From a virus (Duplodnaviria > Caudoviricetes), in the IMG/VR virus record IMGVR_UViG_2657245668_000002, positions 1 to 64,000 of that record: a stretch of DNA of 64,000 bases. The stretch is one strand, 5' to 3'. The translations under genes were made by a program, and so were the position numbers. The notes beneath the pieces were generated by a model. That model was not told the DNA's origin and searched no databases. It saw only the letters and a list, made by a program, of their open reading frames with translations. Shown in pieces: positions 57,407-64,000 of this stretch (position 1 is the stretch's first letter; each line of letters starts with the position of its first letter).

Positions 57407-58492
57407 TTACATTGCCTGCTCTAACAACGCCTCAATCTGGGCATCAGTCATCCCGGCAAACATTGCCTGTAGCTGATCTGGGGAAGCATTAGCCGCTTGT
57501 TCCAGTGGTGATGCTGTATGAGTGGTTGTTACCCCGAGATCAGACGGTGAGCCAGGTACTTGAGTCGCTACAGTTGCAGCAGCTAGTTTCTCGGCGGCAA
57601 TCCGTTGTACATCTGCGTTGGTCGTCGCAGTAGCCGTAGTGGTAGATGCCGTCGTGACCGGTTCTGGTTGAACTGGCTCGACCGACTCACCATAAGCGGC
57701 CTTGGTGCGTTTCGCGACTTCCGCAAAGCGCTCAGTTAAAGACTTGTCTTTCCATGCGGGGTCATTTTGCAGATTGCCATCAATGTGTACCGCCAGTGTG
57801 AAACGGTCAGGGTCTTGATCCTGCCATGACTTCAAATCAGGTACGGCATTCATGGCATCTGCAACTGGATTACCGCTCGGCTGATGGGTAGCTTGTGCTG
57901 GCTGGCCTTGTTGCAGGTAATCGATTTTCTGCACCACGGTGTCCAGCACTGCCGCCATCTCAGGAAAGTTTTCACGGATGAAATTGATTTGCTCAGGGGT
58001 AACCTGTGCTTTTTCAGGTAAGGGAACGGGCTGCATACCAGCAGAGTTGATTTGTCGCGTTAACGCTGCCAGTTGGCGTTTCGCTTCAGCTAACTCCGTT
58101 GCCGTTTGCTGATTGGTGCCTGCTAAGCGCTGTTTTTCAGTCCGCTCGGCCACCAGCACATCGTAAGGAATGACGTGCTGACCGTCTTTGCTGAGAATAC
58201 CTTTTGGCTTATCAGTGCCTTCAGTTGTTGCCGCTGGCGTGGTTGCAGCCGTTTTAGTGATTGGCACTTCCGTGGTTTGTGCTGTAGTCGCGCCCGGCGT
58301 CAGCTCGTCTTTCTTATCGCCCGTATTGACTACTGCATTGGTGTCTTCAGTACTATTGTCCGTAACGACAGCAACTGGGGTAGTCGTTACCGCTGCTGTA
58401 TGTGTTACATCAGAAATATCCACATCACCAAATCCATCGATCAGCGCTTCCAACTCTTCTGGCGTTTCATTACCTGTTAATTCAATGTCCAC
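57407..58492 (-). CDS. Scaffolding protein
   Basis: Acidic low-complexity N-terminus, KDGQHVIPY..L..ER; between portal and capsid. Confidence 0.7.
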   Translation of the reverse strand: MDIELTGNETPEELEALIDGFGDVDISDVTHTAAVTTTPVAVVTDNSTEDTNAVVNTGDKKDELTPGATTAQTTEVPITKTAATTPAATTEGTDKPKGILSKDGQHVIPYDVLVAERTEKQRLAGTNQQTATELAEAKRQLAALTRQINSAGMQPVPLPEKAQVTPEQINFIRENFPEMAAVLDTVVQKIDYLQQGQPAQATHQPSGNPVADAMNAVPDLKSWQDQDPDRFTLAVHIDGNLQNDPAWKDKSLTERFAEVAKRTKAAYGESVEPVQPEPVTTASTTTATATTNADVQRIAAEKLAAATVATQVPGSPSDLGVTTTHTASPLEQAANASPDQLQAMFAGMTDAQIEALLEQAM

Positions 58493-58716
58493 GTTATGAC
58501 TCCTGCATGACTATTTACCGGATAGATCCGAATGAGAAAGGCGTATCGCTGCCCATGCGAATAAGCACTCTTGGATAAGAGCGCTTAGCGGCATGAACCT
58601 TGATGGTAGAAAAAGAAAAGCCCACGAATTGTGGGCAAGTAATTCAGATGAAAATCAGAGATACCAGAAAGCAAAAAGCCCCGCGGTTAGGCGAGGCTTA
58701 ATTCAGTGCAATGTAG

Positions 58717-58758
58717 TGCATCTTTCGGAAATTTAGCGCGTATTTTGCAGGCATGCAA
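58717..58758 (-). promoter_or_regulatory. Repeated late-promoter module copy 3
   Basis: TTGCAT-17(..ACGCGC)-TAAATT-TCCGAAAGATGCA followed by terminators at 58673-58699 and 58611-58637. Confidence 0.7.
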
Positions 58759-58761
58759 TAG

Positions 58762-60888
58762 CTATAATGGTATTTGGTCAATTTGACCTTGAATGGTCTG
58801 CATCATTTCTTCATGTAACGCACCAATCTCTTCGGTCACATTCTGCATATCTTGCAGCACCTGCCCCGTTTTAGCCTGAGTATAAGCATCATTGAAGCGC
58901 TGACCATTCGCTAATGTTGCCTCGCGTTCCGCTTGGGCATTAATACGTTGGGCTTCAGCCTCCAATTTTGCAACCTTACCGGCAACCTCACGCATTGCCA
59001 GCTCTTGCTGTTGCTGCTGTAACTGTTGTTCCTGCTGCGCCGCCTGCTGTTCTTCTGGTGTCATCTCATCCGGCGATTTTGGTGTACCCAATGCGCCACG
59101 GATCCGCTCAACAAATTCTTGTTTATTTGGCAGGTCTAACAGTTCTACCCACATATCCAACACGCTAACCTGAATCTGCGGTGGCAACCCGACAATAACT
59201 TCAGATAACCGTTGTGCCAGTTGAGATTTATAGGCTGGCGTCTGTTGAATCGGTGCCAGAGCGATATGCGCACGTAGCCGTGATACATCGTTATTCATCC
59301 GGCCAGCCTCTTCGGCGGCATTCAATACCACCTCTTTGCGCTTGCGTGGATCATCACGATTAATCACTACCGGATAATTTCGGCGCTTGGTTAACTCTTC
59401 CAGCAAATAGCACAACAATAACTGGCCCACTTGTTGGCAAGCAAACTGATAGTTATCGTTGATCTCCGCCAAAGTAGTCGCACCCTGCTCTACCAAGTTA
59501 CTGATTGCCACACCACTGGATGCGTTGGAGTCTTGCCCGAGGAACGCTGAGTAAACACCCAGCCCATCCTGAATCAACTTCATGGATTCCTGCATAACCT
59601 GAAACTGCTGCTGTGCAACTTGAAAGTCTTGCTGGATGTTTAATGCATCTGCCGCTGTCGTCTTATTTGCACGGTTGGGATTTAGGTTAATCACCCCATC
59701 CGGGCGTTCAATTTCTTCGGCCAACTGTTTATCGGTCATGTTAGTCGCGTCCGCATCCTTAATCACTCGCTTGGCCTGCAATAGCCAGGTCAGTTTAATG
59801 CGGCGGAAATTCACTTCATCCTGTGCGGGAATGGCACGGCAGGCCAAACCATACGGTGCTCCCGTTTTATCTTTGCGATAACCCCAGAATGGGATCAGCG
59901 GAAACATACCTTGCGGCGCTGTACATGGGCGGTCAATGATGAAATGAGGACCGACAAACCACGACTCACGGATCCGGCTGACACGAGCCATGGTGACCTG
60001 AACCCGGTCAGTGGCCACAGCCACAGCATGCATAACGTTGTTCTTGTCATATTCTACAACGCGGCCATTGCTTAATTGCAGGATTGGCAGGCGCTGGAAG
60101 GTCCGATAGTAGATAACCTGAAGCAATACGCGCTTACGGTTGGATGATACCCATTCGGTGCTCTCACGGCTCCACGATTGATACTCTTCATAGGCGCTCA
60201 TCAGATCCGATTCTTGCCCGGCCGCCAGTTCGGTATCAACAAAGCCTTTCCACTCATTGAGGGAATAATCGATAATTTGCGATTTGTCGGGGAATGTCCC
60301 TTTCACCTCATCCACATCCAGCCAACGCTTACGCATCAACCAACGGCAATCACTCAGATCCGCCTCGCGGCTGAACCAATCCCAGAACACCTCATTACGA
60401 TGAACGGTAGACACTTTGAATTTATTATCGAATGGGTCACTGTTGCGGCGCACCTCAACCCATGATAGCCCGGCTTTAATTTGTTCAGCATAAGCATCGC
60501 TACGGGCCTTATTCAAACCACTTAGTCGGCAGGCATCAGCAAACTCAGCATTGACTGCTTCGGCCATCACTTCCATTTCTTCGTTAGGATCATCAGCAAT
60601 CACCATTAGATCGGTGCGGGTCTTAGCCTCCATGCCCAGCACGCCGTCGATAGTCGGAGCGATAAGGTTATGTTGCGTTAATGGTTGTCCGCGTTCTCGT
60701 AGCTTTGCTACCACTTCCGGTGCAAGCTGGTCACCATCGTAATAGGCGCAGGCGGTATTCGCGTTAGTGCGCCAGTCTGGCTGATGGTCAATATCCGAAG
60801 AGATATCCATCAATCGCTCAAGTGTAAAGCGGTCACGGTTTGCTGACTGAGATTGAGGAACCTCAGATTCATTAGTTGGGATATTCAT
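58762..60888 (-). CDS. Portal protein
   Basis: YYDGDQ, N.IAPTID.VLG.E, SGVAI..L..QG, C-terminal Gln-rich barrel. Confidence 0.88.
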   Translation of the reverse strand: MNIPTNESEVPQSQSANRDRFTLERLMDISSDIDHQPDWRTNANTACAYYDGDQLAPEVVAKLRERGQPLTQHNLIAPTIDGVLGMEAKTRTDLMVIADDPNEEMEVMAEAVNAEFADACRLSGLNKARSDAYAEQIKAGLSWVEVRRNSDPFDNKFKVSTVHRNEVFWDWFSREADLSDCRWLMRKRWLDVDEVKGTFPDKSQIIDYSLNEWKGFVDTELAAGQESDLMSAYEEYQSWSRESTEWVSSNRKRVLLQVIYYRTFQRLPILQLSNGRVVEYDKNNVMHAVAVATDRVQVTMARVSRIRESWFVGPHFIIDRPCTAPQGMFPLIPFWGYRKDKTGAPYGLACRAIPAQDEVNFRRIKLTWLLQAKRVIKDADATNMTDKQLAEEIERPDGVINLNPNRANKTTAADALNIQQDFQVAQQQFQVMQESMKLIQDGLGVYSAFLGQDSNASSGVAISNLVEQGATTLAEINDNYQFACQQVGQLLLCYLLEELTKRRNYPVVINRDDPRKRKEVVLNAAEEAGRMNNDVSRLRAHIALAPIQQTPAYKSQLAQRLSEVIVGLPPQIQVSVLDMWVELLDLPNKQEFVERIRGALGTPKSPDEMTPEEQQAAQQEQQLQQQQQELAMREVAGKVAKLEAEAQRINAQAEREATLANGQRFNDAYTQAKTGQVLQDMQNVTEEIGALHEEMMQTIQGQIDQIPL

Positions 60889-62594
60889 CAGATAGCCATC
60901 CAGTGTTTAGGTTTAGAACGGTCAATAGGTTGGTGTTTCGGACGTGCAGGCATTCGCGCACGCATTTCTTGTGCAATGGCATAGCTCATCACCTGGTCAT
61001 CAAAACAACCCGTTTGGGCATTCATGCGACCTCTTGCGTCATAAACGTAGGTATTCAATTCATTGATGGTGCCAATCCAGCGGACTCCAGAAGCATTCTC
61101 ACGAAGCAGTGATTTAAGCCCCTCGATGATGACCGGCTTGCTTTGTGCTGTAGTTAGCCAGCCAAGCTTTGGTGTTTCATCATCATGATCACGGTCGAGG
61201 TATTGCTCTGAGTAGATAGAGCGGTGTGGGTAAACTTCACGTAACTTCTGTATGACTGCGTGACCATGGTTGTTTCGTTCTGGACCGATAAATGCCGTGT
61301 TGTACCATTTGCCAACATGGGCTAGAAGTTGAGCGAACAATTCAGCATCCAGATAGCCGAACCAGTGGGCGACCTGTTCCCCGGTAGACTTTTTCACCAC
61401 ATCAAATGATGATCGGTCGCCATTTTCCAAGCCCTCAGCGACATCCCCACCAATAGCGTAATCCTCATCTGGATCCGGCAGTTCCCACACCAATAAGTGA
61501 TTCAGTAGCGTGCGTTGAAGTTCTTCTGCATTGCCAGCACGTAACGCCTGAACTTTGGTTCGCTTACCGGTTACTGGCTCAATGTCATATACCAGCAACG
61601 GAGACTGACACTGACCTTCGGCCTGCATGACATTGATGGCGGCAAATACGCGGCGGCCAGAGGTGAGAAATGCCTCAGATGGCGTGCTGGGGAATTCCTG
61701 TTTCATTTCCTCCTGCTGCTCAATTTCTTTGCGGATATACCACTGCTTTTGTTCATCGAGCAAAGTGATACCCATCGTTTGCTCAACAGCAGCAAAATAC
61801 GCCTGATGGTATTTACTTAAACGCAGGCCCCCCGTTGGCACTGAAGTCTGATATTTAGGATCCTGCCACCAGGCAAAGAAATGGAATTTATAATCTTGTG
61901 AGGTGAGCGGCAGATTTAATTGGCCTAAATCCATGGCTCGCGTGCTCATGGTGTGGAAATCACCGCCTACGCCTTCAGCAGTGCTTTCAATAAATACAAT
62001 GCAGCCGTCTTTGATGGCGTTGAGCGTTCCCGTTCTGACCTCTTTCGCCTTGGCCGGATACTTGGCGCAAATTTTTCCATGCTCTGAAATATGTAGCCGT
62101 TGAACCGTCCCTGAGCGAAATGAGGTTGATACGCGGATCTTTGAACCATGAGCAAATTCTATATGCCCACCATTGGCACCTTCACGTCGGGTATTGATTT
62201 GAAACGTTGCGCGTAACCAAACAGGCAAGTTATCGAACGGAATAGATATTTTGGTACTGAATATTTCCCCTGCCGCCGGTAAATCCTGAGCAATGATCCC
62301 ACAGGAGAGATTTTTGTTAAAAAGCGCCTGATCTAGAAGGTAGATATCTATACCTGTTGAGAAGCCTAGTTGGCGAGCTTTTAGAATGATATTTCGATAG
62401 TGCATATTCTTGAACAACTCTCGCTGTGCAGGGCGCATGCGAAAGGTCACTAGCTCGCCATCTTCATTGACTATCTTGTATAGGTTATTCAACCGCCACC
62501 AAACATCAGATAAATGAGCTTTGATATAGGCTATCTGTTCTGCCTCAGTCATTACGGCAATATCGGCATCGTTAAGTCTATCGTCTTGTTTCAC
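60888..62594 (-). CDS. terL: Terminase large subunit
   Basis: ILKARQLGFST, LHISE, ESTAEG, QEFP, GGDVAEG, ERNNHG, DDQVMS. Confidence 0.93.
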   Translation of the reverse strand: MKQDDRLNDADIAVMTEAEQIAYIKAHLSDVWWRLNNLYKIVNEDGELVTFRMRPAQRELFKNMHYRNIILKARQLGFSTGIDIYLLDQALFNKNLSCGIIAQDLPAAGEIFSTKISIPFDNLPVWLRATFQINTRREGANGGHIEFAHGSKIRVSTSFRSGTVQRLHISEHGKICAKYPAKAKEVRTGTLNAIKDGCIVFIESTAEGVGGDFHTMSTRAMDLGQLNLPLTSQDYKFHFFAWWQDPKYQTSVPTGGLRLSKYHQAYFAAVEQTMGITLLDEQKQWYIRKEIEQQEEMKQEFPSTPSEAFLTSGRRVFAAINVMQAEGQCQSPLLVYDIEPVTGKRTKVQALRAGNAEELQRTLLNHLLVWELPDPDEDYAIGGDVAEGLENGDRSSFDVVKKSTGEQVAHWFGYLDAELFAQLLAHVGKWYNTAFIGPERNNHGHAVIQKLREVYPHRSIYSEQYLDRDHDDETPKLGWLTTAQSKPVIIEGLKSLLRENASGVRWIGTINELNTYVYDARGRMNAQTGCFDDQVMSYAIAQEMRARMPARPKHQPIDRSKPKHWMAI

Positions 62595-63448
62595 AGCAAA
62601 CCGTCCTGTCCTGAGTCCCTAACTTCCTTCACTGCTTCGCCGAGTGGTGTTGTAACTCCCTTGCCTTCTGACGTTAATTTTTGAGTCTCAGCCTCCAACT
62701 TAGAAGTGGCTGCTTTAATGCGGTAGGTATCAGCCTTTAAACGAGGTCCGTTGATGGCATCCAATTTCAATTTACTCAAACTGTTCTCTATGGATTCAAT
62801 ACGGCCAATGTTTCTATCCAGCGCTGATTCAGCCTTGAGCAGCTTGTCATACAGTTCTATTCGCGCTTCAACAGACTCCGCTGCCACTAAATCCTCGTGG
62901 ATTTTCCGCATGGTCTTGGTAACTGATAATGCCCGCGCTCGGGTGAATATCAGTTCGTCATGGAGATCTGAATCTGCCGCCGCCTCAAACAAATCATCTG
63001 CATTCAGATACCGCGCATAAGCGCCATGCTTTCTGGCTGCCTGATTGCCGGGAGTAAAAGCGCCAACCGGATTGGGATTACCTGCATTACCTTCTGAATG
63101 ACGGTTGCCTTTGGTGAACTGCCCATTGCCAGATCTGCCGGAGTTCGGTTTCTCGGTTGGCTCTGACTCGGGATCGCGGTCATCGTCTGTGTCCGATGAT
63201 AATTTCTGTTCTTCCTCTTCCACGTCATCACTGTTTGCGCACTGTTGCGCAGTAGCATCGGATTGCGCATTGTGCGCAGTTCTACGGGGTTTCTTTTGCG
63301 CAGACTGCGCAGCACGAGGTTTGATATAGCGGCGTGCAGATTGGTAATTAAGTCCATGCTGTTCACACCATTGCTGAGCGGTAATTCCTGTAACCGCGTT
63401 ATCAGCCAGAAAGGCAGCTTGTAACGCTTCCCAATCATGCTTTGCCAT
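62591..63448 (-). CDS. terS: Terminase small subunit
   Basis: N-terminal HTH, GNQAARKHGAY motif; upstream of terL. Confidence 0.85.
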   Translation of the reverse strand: MAKHDWEALQAAFLADNAVTGITAQQWCEQHGLNYQSARRYIKPRAAQSAQKKPRRTAHNAQSDATAQQCANSDDVEEEEQKLSSDTDDDRDPESEPTEKPNSGRSGNGQFTKGNRHSEGNAGNPNPVGAFTPGNQAARKHGAYARYLNADDLFEAAADSDLHDELIFTRARALSVTKTMRKIHEDLVAAESVEARIELYDKLLKAESALDRNIGRIESIENSLSKLKLDAINGPRLKADTYRIKAATSKLEAETQKLTSEGKGVTTPLGEAVKEVRDSGQDGLL

Positions 63449-63523
63449 AGTGTTCTATTAGTCTGTTGTGGGCCATTATTGAGCCACCTCTTGGGAAGTG
63501 ACTCTGTAATGACTTGCTTCAGC

Positions 63524-64000
63524 TCATTTATCCCCATTGGATTGCTGTGATGGCAGACTGCGGATCAACGCTCTATCGTTATTGGCCCGGTCTAACAGGG
63601 TCAGTAACGGGTCAAGCCACAGCACTGCTTGGCGGTAAGTCATTCTGTGGGGGGAAGTGGTACCAGTAAGGGTTCCGTCAGGTTGGCCGGAATTGCGCAT
63701 TGCCCTGGCACGTAGACCGTCCGTATAGTCGTACATCCGCTGAGCAGTAGAATCAGGGATATACCGATCAGCGCATTCCTCAACTTTGAGGTCTTTGCGG
63801 TTTTCAATTTGCCTTTCCTCGCTTTTGGCAGAAATGGTGACGTTATAGCTACCGGCCTGTGCAGCTATCTCATTGGAGCGCTGGAACTGAAAAGCCTGTA
63901 ATGCCTGGGTGGTTTTTGATTCATCTAGATCACTTTGCAGTTGTGATAATTGCCCAGTCTTCTCAACAGCAGATTTGTGGAAATAGAAAGTAGTACCGCC
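63524..64000 (-). CDS. i-spanin (Rz), 5' end outside window
   Basis: Open frame from 64000: ..TFYFHK..coiled coil..ECADRYIP..; the ORF-track entry 63524-63736 is its C-terminus. Confidence 0.7.
   Translation of the reverse strand, partial: GGTTFYFHKSAVEKTGQLSQLQSDLDESKTTQALQAFQFQRSNEIAAQAGSYNVTISAKSEERQIENRKDLKVEECADRYIPDSTAQRMYDYTDGLRARAMRNSGQPDGTLTGTTSPHRMTYRQAVLWLDPLLTLLDRANNDRALIRSLPSQQSNGDK
63640..63783 (-). CDS. Embedded o-spanin (Rz1) lipoprotein, 47 aa
   Basis: Manual translation (TTG) MRNALIGISLILLLSGCTTIRTVYVPGQCAIPANLTEPLLVPLPPTE*; lipobox LSGC; Pro-rich; alternate frame inside Rz. Confidence 0.65.
   Translation of the reverse strand: MRNALIGISLILLLSGCTTIRTVYVPGQCAIPANLTEPLLVPLPPTE

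Larger units (their letters stand above)
24269..64000. mobile_element. Prophage 3: 933W/phi24B-like short-tailed phage (continues right of window)
   Basis: Spanin-terS-terL-portal-scaffold-N4gp56-like capsid-adaptors-fibre-tail-ejection proteins-giant protein, all on the minus strand; att core at left end. Confidence 0.88.

Noticed and set aside
33151-64000. Shiga toxin carriage by the 933W-like prophage
   Set aside because: No stx-like ORF is in the window; the Q-lysis region where it would sit lies beyond position 64000.

Overview
The window holds three phage-derived elements stacked in tandem in an enterobacterial chromosome; the gene content looks Yersinia-like, which is inference only. 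They are separated by two copies of a 219-bp direct repeat (9841-10059 and 24075-24293). Each copy carries an integrase 3' end, arm-type repeats, an IHF site and an att core matching the 3' terminator of the SdsR/RyeB sRNA. Element 1 (1-10059) is a decayed lambdoid remnant that keeps repressor, Q and lysis genes. A CatB/Vat-type acetyltransferase and an ABC-F ATPase sit where the early genes should be, each behind its own leader-peptide attenuator, followed by decayed toxin/immunity and IS relics. Element 2 (10036-24293) is a contractile-tail module fused by a large deletion to a truncated integrase, with PIN-domain and DUF4041 morons. Element 3 (24269->64000) is a 933W/phi24B-like short-tailed prophage with an apparently intact structural region and a ~2780-aa polyvalent virion protein. 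Its left end is an AT-rich defence hotspot: a nonsense-interrupted gene, a caspase-like protease, ShosTA (HAD-PRTase + DprA) and a NACHT NTPase. The most unusual signal is that these cargo units are separated by same-orientation 24-bp 7-2-6-2-7 palindromic sites with two invariant cores (TGGCAC, GAGCGA), suggesting an integron-like cassette array. Also seen: a P2/P4-type cos remnant beside ShosTA, and three copies of a promoter-plus-terminator module inside the late operon.
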